Positions 28,653 to 37,296 of a stretch of 64,000 nt of DNA are shown piece by piece. A model generated the notes under the pieces. The model saw only the letters and a program-made list of their open reading frames with translations, was not told where the DNA came from and searched no databases. The DNA is from an uncultured Chloroflexia bacterium (GTDB taxonomy: Bacteria; Chloroflexota; Dehalococcoidia; Dehalococcoidales; UBA2162), in assembly GCA_963726225.1 (NCBI GenBank), contig CAVSBN010000005.1:127372-191371 (forward strand). The letters are read 5' to 3'. The first letter of the stretch is position 1, and each line of letters starts with the position of its first letter. A program made the position numbers and the translations under genes.

Positions 28653-28930
28653 AACCCCATCCCCCTGTATCCCCCTTCCCCTTAAGAAGGGGAAGGGGGA
28701 AGAAAATAAGAGAGAGGCTCCGCCTCTCTAGCTCTCTCCTCTCCGAGCAGGGGCGTTTAAGAGGGTGCCAGCCCCGACTACTGGGGCGCAAAGCCCATAG
28801 CACCGAAGGGTATTTAAGAGGGACGAAGCCTTTATCTCTCAAAGCGGGGCGTCTAAGAGGGGCGTCAGCCCCTCTTCATAAAACTTCCTCCCCCTCTCCT
28901 AGAAGGGGAGGGGGACAAAGGGGGATAGGT
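28653..28930. repeat. MITE-like palindromic intergenic element, copy B (longest)
   Basis: Left end is AACCCCATCCCCCTGTATCCCC. The reverse complement of the right end is AACCTATCCCCCTTTGTCCCC. Contains CCCCCTTCCCC-ttaagaa-GGGGAAGGGGG, AAGAGAGGC-tcc-GCCTCTCT, AAGAGGGGC-gtca-GCCCCTCTT, and several TTTAAGAGGG modules. Confidence 0.7.
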
Positions 28931-28992
28931 TGTTAAACAATCTATATTGTCCTGATTGGGGAGATAATGTATACTTGGACTGTCTGAGGCGA

Positions 28993-29089
28993 GGGGGCGA
29001 ATGAGTCCCGGTGGGCTTCGCGGACTTCAAATCCGTCGGGGGGCATGAAAAGTGTCTTCGGTGGGTTCGACTCCCATACGCCCCCGCCA
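28993..29089 (+). tRNA. selC: tRNA-Sec (anticodon UCA)
   Basis: Folded by hand. Acceptor GGGGGCG/CGCCCCC plus G-CCA. 6-bp D-stem GAGTCC/GGGCTT with a 4-nt loop CGGT. Anticodon loop CT-TCA-AA. Long variable arm GGCAT-gaaaa-GTGTC. T-arm GTGGG-TTCGACT-CCCAT. The 6-bp D-stem with 4-nt loop, the long extra arm and the UCA anticodon are tRNA-Sec hallmarks. Confidence 0.85.
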
Positions 29090-29192
29090 ACTTCGAGAAT
29101 CCAGTAAAATGATTCACTCTGCTCAACTAATAGACTTAGACTAAGGTAAAGCATACTTATTTCAAGTGTGTTTGAACAAGGAGGCCTTAATA

Positions 29193-29768
29193 GTGAAAGT
29201 CATTGGCATTGTCAGCAGTCCGCGTAAAGGTGGAAACACGGAGATATTAGTGAGGGAAGCTCTTAAGGCGGCGCGTGAGGCCGGTGCCGAAACCGAGCTT
29301 GTTTCGGTGGCGAAAAAGAACATATCACCGTGCGATGGTTGCGGAGCGTGCGAAAAGAACGGCATCTGCAAAATTAAGGATGATATGCAGGTGATATATC
29401 AGCAGCTTGAGTCAGCCGACGGCATAGTATTCGGGACACCCGTGTATTTCCTGAATGTGACTGCTCAGGCAAAGGCAATAATCGATAGAACCTATGCCTT
29501 CCTGCAAACGAGAAAATTGAGAGGGAAAGTGGCGGCGGCCATCGTGGTGGCGAGACGAGTGGGAGCTGGTCAGGTGCTCAGTATCCTCTACAGCTATTTC
29601 ACTATTCACAGAATGCTCATAGCCGGGGGAGGCATAGGTTACGGAAGGGGTAAAGGGGAAGTGAGGACAGGAGTAGGCGGCTCCCCAACGCGGTCAGCCC
29701 TGGAAGAGGCCAGAGCTGTTGGCAGGAACGTGGTCTGGCTGGTCGAACGGCTTTCAAAGACAAAATAG
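29193..29768 (+). CDS. flavodoxin-fold NADPH-dependent FMN reductase / iron-sulfur flavoprotein-like protein
   Basis: VKVIGIVSSPRKGGNTE... and a compact Cys motif CDGCGACEKNGIC. GTG 29193 lies 8 nt after AAGGAGG. Confidence 0.7.
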   Translation: MKVIGIVSSPRKGGNTEILVREALKAAREAGAETELVSVAKKNISPCDGCGACEKNGICKIKDDMQVIYQQLESADGIVFGTPVYFLNVTAQAKAIIDRTYAFLQTRKLRGKVAAAIVVARRVGAGQVLSILYSYFTIHRMLIAGGGIGYGRGKGEVRTGVGGSPTRSALEEARAVGRNVVWLVERLSKTK

Positions 29769-29929
29769 TGGTTCCTGTGCCTATGACAACATATCGTCCG
29801 CCAAGATTGCTTGACATTGCGGTAGGACAGTAAGATAAGTGAAGTAAAGTCATCTTGACTTTATTTACTTGTCAGGCTATTCTAGTAAAGGTGCAAAGTA
29901 ATTTTCACCATGCGAGCGGGGTTAGCGAA

Positions 29930-30487
29930 ATGAGCCACCAGCGGGTGCCTTATTGGGTTTCGCTGGAGTTATATACACAATCCCGAGTACTCAGCGGTTA
30001 CATTCGTTGCCCGAGGGAACTACGCCTGCTCGACCTTCTTAACGGCGCAGGTTCCTCAGAGCAGGGCATAAACCATGGGTTTTTTGAGTTTGTTGACATA
30101 TCTGCTTCTGGCGAAGAGCCCACATATCAAGAAAGACTGAGAGAATACATCAGAAAGACCGCTGTCCAGCTGATTGCGACCTTAGATGTCAACTTGGCCA
30201 GAGGTGTTGGCGCCAAAGGTGGCGCGAAGCTCTATCCCTTTGTGCCAAAATCAGCCGTCCCGGTGAGTCTGGAACTGCCAACCTACACGCTCATTGGCAG
30301 TGTGCATTGTTCTCAAGGGCAGAGTCTGCACGATGTGCTCAACGAGGACAGGTTGTTCATACCCTTAACCGGGGTCACCATAGCTCACCAGTATGGCCCG
30401 TATGCTACCAGACCTTTTGTCGCGGTCAACAAAGAGCAGGTCACTTCCTCCCGAGAGGAAGACCCCGCTACACTAGCCCCACTCTAG
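29930..30487 (+). CDS. hypothetical protein
   Basis: 185-aa ORF from ATG 29930 (track start 29855). I recognise no motif. Confidence 0.4.
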   Translation: MSHQRVPYWVSLELYTQSRVLSGYIRCPRELRLLDLLNGAGSSEQGINHGFFEFVDISASGEEPTYQERLREYIRKTAVQLIATLDVNLARGVGAKGGAKLYPFVPKSAVPVSLELPTYTLIGSVHCSQGQSLHDVLNEDRLFIPLTGVTIAHQYGPYATRPFVAVNKEQVTSSREEDPATLAPL

Positions 30488-30504
30488 ACGACAGCATACG
30501 CGGG

Positions 30505-30888
30505 CTATTTAAACTCATCTTTTGATATTGCGGTGAATACGGTAGCCGCTATACCTAGTGGCCACCATGAACCCAGGATGGCGGCGATTGAACCGGCAAG
30601 TGCCCAACCCCATCTCTTTCTCTGAAGGGCAAATATTCCACCTATTAACGCTAGTGCCGCCGTAATGGCAAAGAAGATGGCGACTATAATCAGAATAGTC
30701 TGCACCAGGCCAATATCCCCCGTCGAAATACCGGCGTCTCTGATATAATCCAGCACCGTTTCGCTGCTGTCGACAACGGAAGCGACGACAATCATGGCAA
30801 GGCAAGTGATTAAGCTAAGTACCCCACCTACTACAGTAAGAACCCCGCCAGTCGTAGACTTCCAGGTCTTTTTTACCGATGTTTCCAT
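30505..30888 (-). CDS. hypothetical membrane protein (3-4 TM helices)
   Basis: ATG 30888 follows GAGGAGG. Hydrophobic profile. Confidence 0.5.
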   Translation of the reverse strand: METSVKKTWKSTTGGVLTVVGGVLSLITCLAMIVVASVVDSSETVLDYIRDAGISTGDIGLVQTILIIVAIFFAITAALALIGGIFALQRKRWGWALAGSIAAILGSWWPLGIAATVFTAISKDEFK

Positions 30889-30978
30889 ACCTGCCTCCTC
30901 ACTCAAACTTGAGGTATAACTTATCACAAAAGGACACTACATGTCTATTGAACCGATGGTCTTTTTAGTGTTAAAGTA

Positions 30979-31025
30979 GGGGCATGAAAAGTGTCTGCGG
31001 TGGGTTCGACTCCCACTCCGCCCCG
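30979..31025 (+). repeat. partial duplicate of the tRNA-Sec 3' half (att-like direct repeat)
   Basis: GGGGCATGAAAAGTGTCTgCGGTGGGTTCGACTCCCA matches tRNA positions 29040-29076 at 36 of 37 nt. The acceptor 3' strand then diverges (CTCCGCCCCG versus TACGCCCCCG). Confidence 0.75.
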
Positions 31026-31083
31026 TATATATTCAGCGTCTATGCACGGGCAAGATTTTGGTTAGAATTGACGCAGATGGTTC

Positions 31084-31505
31084 AGCCCTGTCCAGTCTTG
31101 TCCTTAGGCCAAGTCAGCAGGTAGGCTATACCGGTCAGGACTGGCGTAAAAACTATGGCAGCAGTCGTCCAGGCCACTATATTCCGCTCGTGGCGCTTTG
31201 CAAGCTGAATGACAAAGAAAATCCCGGCCACTTTCCAAACCAGTTATCTACTACAGTGAAGGCATAACTGCCCAAGTATACCGCATTTCGTACCCGATAA
31301 TCTGTGGCCCAGGTGCTACTGTTTCCCCAGGTGCTAGTGTTTCCCACGGAGCTAGGGGACGGTTGCCACTGCTATAGATAGGGGTGCCGGGAGTGTTGTC
31401 GATAGTGTCTATCAGAAAGAACAAACCAACTAAGACCGCGGTGATGAGAAGAATCCACAAAGGCCAATACGCCAGACGACGTCCTGTCTTCACTGACACC
31501 CCCAC
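31084..31505 (-). CDS. hypothetical membrane protein, apparently frame-broken
   Basis: ORF 31251-31505 has an N-terminal TM helix. Downstream hydrophobic reading frames continue in other frames (..AFTVVDNWFGKWPGF.. and NIVAWTTAAIVFTPVLTGIAYLLTWP..). Confidence 0.3.
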
Positions 31506-31518
31506 TGGCTACCTCATA

Positions 31519-32036
31519 TCACGGCAAGAATCTGCCATGGAAGCGAATCGCCACGCGCCAGGTCTTCCACGCTGGTTCTATTATCCACTTTCCGCCTACT
31601 TTGAATTTCAGTGGAATGTCCGCGCCCTCATCCGCTCCTGGCAACGTGACGCTACCGTCTTCCAGTGCAATCGTTATCCAGTACTTGTTTTTGGCGACCA
31701 CGACTACTGGAAGTACGGTGGCCTCTTGCCATCGTAGCCCATCGGTTGTGGCTAGGTCGCCTGTGGTAAGCACTATGTCGCTTGGCTGGTCTTCGTAGTC
31801 CGTACAGAGAGCCAACGCGCACTTGGCTTGCTTCGTGGTAGAGTTGGTAGAGAGAAAAATCCTCTTATCTTCTTAAGCGTGTACGTCGTCTTTGGAATGT
31901 AGCGGATTGCCGTAACCTTGTCATTCAAGGCAATCTCGTAATTTGCAATCGCGTAACTTGGGGACACTCGGGTTCTCATTGACCCCCTCAATGAACTGCA
32001 CCGGCAAAATGTCATCCAACACGTTCCACCTCCCAC
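31519..32036 (-). CDS. hypothetical protein, apparently frame-broken near 31800
   Basis: ORFs 31773-32036 and 31519-31815 overlap and are contiguous in sense. No motif recognised. Confidence 0.3.
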
Positions 32037-32179
32037 AAGATTATTGAGCTTATTATATCACAAAACGAAAGCCCGCTAGCCTCACCGACCAAACGAGCTT
32101 CGCGTTATAATCTTAGAATTCTAGCTTCTAGCACACAACCGCCTCGTACAGCTTCAAGCTATTTTCAAACCTTGCTGAC

Positions 32180-34034
32180 CTAATACACCACCCTCTCATC
32201 CCCCACCCGCCGGGTTATCTTCTTCTCGTCCAGGTACTCAATCAGGGCCTGGGCGTACTTGCGGCTGGTCTGGAACAGGTCGCGGACTTCGGCCAGGGTT
32301 ATTTTGCCGTTGGCTTTGATGTGGGCCAGGACTCTCTCCACCATCTCATCGTAGGCGGAGGCGGAAAAGACCACGCTCTCGCTCACCTTGACCACCTGCC
32401 GCCGCTCAATGAGCAGGTTGAGCAGGTCCGGCTCGGGGAGCTGGTCGGTGGGTGGGGCAGTAGGGGTTCTGCGCCAGCGCTCTCAGAAAGGCATCAACTT
32501 TGGCCTGCTGGGCGGGGGTAAGCTGGACGCGGTGCGACGGCAGGCGCACCACCAGTCCTTCCTCGTTCAAGGCTCCGTCACCCAGCAGCCTCTCCATAAC
32601 GGCCGCCGATTGCCGGCTCAATTTCAGGCGGCTGGCCAGTTCCACCTTCGGCATGCCCAGGCGGGCGGGGAATTTGCGGTGGTAGTCCTGGAGAATAGCC
32701 GTGGCTTCCTGAGTCAAACGCTCCCAGCCGGCCGCCGTGAAAAGAAGTCGGTTCTCCGCCTGACCGATCCCGATTACCTTTGCCTGCTGAACAAGGGATT
32801 CTACCGCCGGCCGCGCTTCGCTTTCGGGCAGATCGGCTTCTTTGAGCAAGGGCGGGTAAGTCCAGAGGCTGCCTGGCCTCAAGCAGTGCCAGAATGACAT
32901 CTTCCGCCGTGCCTTTCTCCTTGACCTTCAGGCTTTCAATAGTGGCCGGTCGGAAGCGGCGCAGCCGTCTGGCGTGGGAGTCGACGATCTTGCCGCCGCC
33001 CAGCGTCTCCATCGGGGAGCGGATGATAAAATGGTCGCCCTTGACCAGCGCCACCGGCTTGTCCAGCACTCAGTTGCGCCCAGCCGGTCTCACCCGGCTC
33101 GAGCCTTTCCTTCTCCAGCAGGCGGACTTTGGCCATGGCCTCGGCGGCGCCGGTATGAAAGCTGACCGTGGCATTGTGGGGCAGGGGGCGGCGCAGGTAG
33201 GACAGCAGACGGAGCTCCACGCTCAATTGAGTGGTGGGCACCAGCCAGCCGGGCCTGGTCAGCACATCGCCGCGCTGGAGGTCAGAGGTGGCCACACCGA
33301 CCAGGTTGGCGGCCACCCGACTGCCCGGAGTGGCCGTGTTCAGGCGGGCCTTGTGTGTCTGCAGGCCCCGGAGCCGCGATTTCAGCCCGGGGGGCACGAT
33401 CTCCACCTCCTGCCCGACGGTCAGCGAGCCATCAATCAGTGTGCCGGTAACAATCGTGCCGGCGCCGGCGATGGTGAAAATGCGGTCGATGGGCAGGCGG
33501 GGCCGGCCGATATCCTTCTTCGGCTCGGTGGAGCTGAGAAGCTCATCAATGGCGGCGACCAGTTCAGGCAGACCTTCGCTGGTCACCGCCGAGACCGCGA
33601 TGATCGGGGCCTGGGCCAGGGTGGTGGGGCGGATAAGCTCCTCTATGTCCATCTTGACCAGGTCCAGCCACTCCTCGTCGACCAGGTCTTTCTTGGTGAT
33701 GACGACGATGCCCGCGCTGTATGCCCAGCAGGTCGAGAATGGCCAGGTGCTCTCTGGTCTGGGGCATGACGCCTTCATTGGCGGCGACAATCAGCAGGGC
33801 CAGGTCAATGCTGCCCACTCCGGCCAGCATGTTCTTGACGAAGCGCTCGTGTCCGGGCACATCCACAATGCCCACTTCCTGGCCGCTGGGCAGTTTCAGC
33901 CAGGCGAAGCCGAGGTCGATGGTCATGCCCCGTTCCTTTTCCTCGCGCAGGCGGTCGGGGTCAATGCCGGTCAGGGCCTGCACCAGGGCGGACTTGCCGT
34001 GGTCAATATGTCCGGCGGTACCCAAGACAAACAT
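32180..34034 (-). CDS. selB: selenocysteine-specific elongation factor SelB; at least 4 frame breaks (about 33715, 33070, 32848, 32456)
   Basis: The fragments read in order as: [19 protein letters not shown]...DVPGHERF...[12 protein letters not shown] / [17 protein letters not shown]...[22 protein letters not shown]... / [26 protein letters not shown]... / [12 protein letters not shown]...[18 protein letters not shown]... / [26 protein letters not shown]...[25 protein letters not shown]. That gives the GTPase domain, domains II-III and the C-terminal winged-helix SECIS-binding domains. Confidence 0.8.
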
Positions 34035-34054
34035 GATTCACCTTTATTCGGAGC

Positions 34055-35463
34055 TTAAGATTGGCTTGCTTTCAAGACGGTGGCTAGCTCTTTCAGCGCC
34101 TTCAGGACAATCTTGTCCTCTTCTGGCAAGACAGTGCGTGGGTCGAGGAGCAAAACATCACCGCTGATGCGACCAATAATCGGGGTTTCCTGGCTCCGCA
34201 GCCTTTGCGCCAGTGTTTGAGCCAGACTCGGGGCTTTCTTTTTGCCCGGGCTGCCGATAGCTACCAGTTTGGTGGGCAGCGTGCTGCCGGGTAAACTGCC
34301 GCCGCCGACCATGCTCTCTCCATCCACCACCTGAGCCAGTCCACCGAGAGCCTCGGCCCAGGCTCGGGCACGCCGCTCAATCTCGGCCAGCGGCATTGAA
34401 ATCATTGCCCACACTGGAATCTTCTTCAGGCCTCGCCTTTCAGATAGTGAGTCAGGGTAGCGGCCAGACCGGCCAGCCTGATTTTGTCAATCCGCACCGC
34501 CCGGGCCAGCGGGTGTCTCTTTAGCCTGGTAATAAGCTCTTTCTGGCCGACAATCAGCCCGGCTTGCGGCCCGCCTACCAGCTTGTCTCCCGAGAAAAAG
34601 ACCAGACCGGCCCCGGCCGCCACGCTCTGCTGCACCATTGGCTCCGGCCCCAGCCCAAAGGCGGTCGTATCCAGAAAACAGCCGCTACCCAGGTCATCCA
34701 GTACCGGCAGATTATGCTTTTGCCCCAGAGTCACCAGTTCCTCAAGGGTTACGGAGTGAGTGAAACCAATCACCTGGAAATTGCTGGAGTGGACGCGCAT
34801 CAGGGCGGCGGTGTGGGGGGTAATAGCCTGCTCGTAGTCGGCGGCATAGGTGCAGTTGGTGGTGCCGACTTCCACCAGCTTGGCACCGCTCTGGCGCATG
34901 ACATCGGGGATACGGAAGCTATCGCCAATCTCTACGGCTTGTCCCCGGGAGACAATAACCTCTTTCCTCCTGGCCAGGGCGGCCAGGCCTAAGAGCACCG
35001 CCGCGGCGTTGTTGTTGACCACCAGGGCGGCCTCGGCGCCGGTTAATTGACATAACACCGGCTCGATGTGAACCTGGCGCGAGCCGCGGGTGCCGCTATC
35101 CAGGTCAAACTCAAGATTGGAGTAGCCCCGGGCGATGGCCTCCATAGCCGCCATCGCCTCTCGACTCAGCGGCGCCCGACCCAGGTTGGTGTGAAGGATT
35201 ACGCCGGTGGCGTTAATCACCGGTCGCAGGCTGGGCCTGGCCAGCCCGCGCAGTTCGGTGTGGATGGATGCCACTATCTCGTCAAGCGAAACACAGGGAT
35301 TACCGGCGAGGATGGATAGCCGCTCGCGCTCCAATTGCTGTCTGACCAGACTTACCAGCAAATCGTGCGGATAGGTTGACTCAAACGCCCTGATACGCTC
35401 ATCAGAGATTACTTTATCAACGCTGGGCAGGCGACGAAACTCACTGCTCATTGACACCACCAT
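34055..35463 (-). CDS. selA: L-seryl-tRNA(Sec) selenium transferase SelA; 1-nt deletion near 34428
   Basis: RLPSVDKV..., [16 protein letters not shown], and [13 protein letters not shown] (PLP lysine). ...HYLKGEA then continues in another frame as [21 protein letters not shown]... (ORF 34055-34414). Restoring one C in GCC|CTG joins the two pieces. Confidence 0.85.
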
Positions 35464-35499
35464 TCTAGCATATAGAGATTCGCCATCAAAACTGATGGC

Positions 35500-35718
35500 T
35501 CAGGACTTACTGATGGTGAGGTAGTAATCGTCTCCCTTCTTTTCAATTGATATGCCACAGCCCATGTTTTGGGCCAGTCGCCGCACATTGTCGCGGGCGG
35601 TGGCGTTATCAACGATGGTCACCACAATGCCCTGGCCTAGCTTGCGCAGCACCTTTTCGGTCTCAATAACCGGATGGGGGCAGGTCAGACCACGGGCATC
35701 TACTTCTTTTCTCTCCAC
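35500..35718 (-). CDS. TusA/SirA/YedF-family sulfur(selenium) carrier protein
   Basis: DARGLTCPHP CPxP active-site motif. 72 aa. Confidence 0.75.
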   Translation of the reverse strand: MERKEVDARGLTCPHPVIETEKVLRKLGQGIVVTIVDNATARDNVRRLAQNMGCGISIEKKGDDYYLTISKS

Positions 35719-35939
35719 AATTCCTCCATTGAAATAAAGATTTTGTACTCGTCAGCCAGTCTCTCCATTCTATATGGTAACTGTAATGCCCTGGCGGTTC
35801 GGATGATGCTATCTCGAGCGGCACCCTCGTCGGCCAGCACAATAATCTGGTCTCCGGCCCGGGCCTGGCGGATGGCCTGCATCGTCATCTGCTGGGGCAT
35901 CGGGCAGGATAGTCCTCTGGTATCTACAGTAACCGCCAT
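35700..35939 (-). CDS. TusA/SirA/YedF-family sulfur(selenium) carrier protein
   Basis: DTRGLSCPMP motif. 79 aa. Confidence 0.75.
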   Translation of the reverse strand: MAVTVDTRGLSCPMPQQMTMQAIRQARAGDQIIVLADEGAARDSIIRTARALQLPYRMERLADEYKIFISMEELWREKK

Positions 35940-35959
35940 AGTTCTGTCTTTCCCTTGCT

Positions 35960-37021
35960 TTACGATAGTTTGGTACGCATTAGCAAACCCAGGACGATGG
36001 TGACTACCAGACCAGCGATAACGACCCAGGGGCCAAGGGCGGAAGGGCCGGTGCTACTGCTGGCCAGGCCAAAATTGTGGGCCACGGCGGCCCCGGCAAA
36101 GAGCCCCAGGATAGTAGCCGCGGCGTCAGTATCACCTTCTCCCGACATGACCAGCTGCCGTAAGGGGCAGCCGCCAGCCAGAGTGGCCCCCAGACCGACC
36201 AGAGCCATGCCCAGGAAGTTCCACAGGTGACTGGTGTGGGAGATTGGCTGGCCGCTAAAGCCGAGGTGAAACTGGCCCAGGATGAGATTGAAGACGAGCG
36301 CGCCGATGAAAGTGGCTACCACGGCGCTCACTAAGTAGCCATCCCGAGTCAGGAATATATCGCGCCAGGCGCCGACAAAACACATGCGGGTTCTCTGTGC
36401 CAGGAAGCCAATCAGCAGGCCGGCTCCCAGAGAGAGCGCAAGAACAGCATGTTGTGAGCCGGCTCCTTTTTCGCTGGCAAAAATGAATCCCGGCTGGAAA
36501 AAGGCCAGGAAAAGCAGGCCAACCATAGCCACTGGTACTATCCAGCCAGCCGCCGCCGGCATTTTGACGGCTCGGCCCAGATTATAGCCTCGCTTCAGGA
36601 AGAAGATGCCGGATAGGGCACCAACGGCCACTCCGGCCAGCCCGGTCAGACCATTCAGGTCGCCGCCGGCCAGTCTAAGGGTAGCCCGAATGGGACAGCC
36701 CAGGAAGACCAGAGCGCCAATCATGACCAGCGCGCCGAGTAAAAAGCGAACCAGCGGCGAGGAACCACCGCGGGCCCTGAATTCACCAAAGGCGAAGGCG
36801 GCGATAACGCTACCGAGGACCAGCCCGGGAATTTCGGGGCGGAGATACTGGACGGCACTGGCACGGTGCAAGCCCAGTCCGCCGGCCACATCCCGTATGA
36901 AGCAGGCCACGCATAGACCCATATTGGGCGGATTGCCCCACTTAACTAAGAGAGCGGCCACGACGCCAAGAACAAGTCCGGCCAGAATAATCCATATCTT
37001 GGGTGAGAAGAATCGCTTCAA
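35960..37021 (-). CDS. yedE: YedE/YeeE-family membrane transporter (selenium/thiosulfate-related)
   Basis: GNPPNMGLCVACFIRD and a second GGCPLRQ half-site, with about 9 TM helices. TTG start lies 7 nt after AAGGAG. Confidence 0.8.
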   Translation of the reverse strand: MKRFFSPKIWIILAGLVLGVVAALLVKWGNPPNMGLCVACFIRDVAGGLGLHRASAVQYLRPEIPGLVLGSVIAAFAFGEFRARGGSSPLVRFLLGALVMIGALVFLGCPIRATLRLAGGDLNGLTGLAGVAVGALSGIFFLKRGYNLGRAVKMPAAAGWIVPVAMVGLLFLAFFQPGFIFASEKGAGSQHAVLALSLGAGLLIGFLAQRTRMCFVGAWRDIFLTRDGYLVSAVVATFIGALVFNLILGQFHLGFSGQPISHTSHLWNFLGMALVGLGATLAGGCPLRQLVMSGEGDTDAAATILGLFAGAAVAHNFGLASSSTGPSALGPWVVIAGLVVTIVLGLLMRTKLS

Positions 37022-37050
37022 ATCATTTCTCCTTCTTATATGACTATGCT

Positions 37051-37088
37051 AAAAGAAAAAGCGGTGGTCGAAAACTCCAACCACCGCT
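37051..37088 (-). terminator. intrinsic terminator/attenuator 12 nt upstream of the yedE Shine-Dalgarno
   Basis: On the minus strand: AGCGGTGGT-tggagttttcg-ACCACCGCT followed by TTTTTCTTTT. Confidence 0.65.
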
Positions 37089-37296
37089 GAAACGACTTCA
37101 GTGAATCCTGGAAGTCACAGCGTAATTTTGTATTCGTAGTACGGCTAAATTACTCTAAGCGGAGGAGTCTTCGAGCCGATGACTGATGCAGAACCTGCAC
37201 TCACTATTGTGGTTCAGGCTCAGGTGAAGTTCAGACGGGGTAGCCAGGTCATTGCTCTCACCTCCTCCTGATTCTTATTGGGGCAAAACTCTCGCT

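Noticed and set aside
28640-28930. Possible CRISPR array, suggested by repeated G/C-rich hairpins.
   Set aside because: The units are not regularly spaced direct repeats with unique spacers. They are nested inverted repeats bounded by terminal inverted repeats, and no cas genes are nearby.
28648-29126. ORFs 28648-28842, 28899-29126 and 28942-29154 on the minus strand. ORF 38580-38891 is similar.
   Set aside because: They are composed of the palindromic repeat element or overlap the tRNA-Sec gene. They are spurious translations of structured or repetitive DNA.
29090-31025. Intact prophage or integrative element at tRNA-Sec.
   Set aside because: No integrase, excisionase or phage or conjugation genes lie between or next to the repeats. 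Only a short scar-like cassette can be claimed.
34426-34428. The TGA ending the first selA ORF, considered as a possible Sec codon.
   Set aside because: The downstream selA continuation is in a different frame. It is restored by one extra C (GCC-CTG), so this is a frameshift and not read-through.
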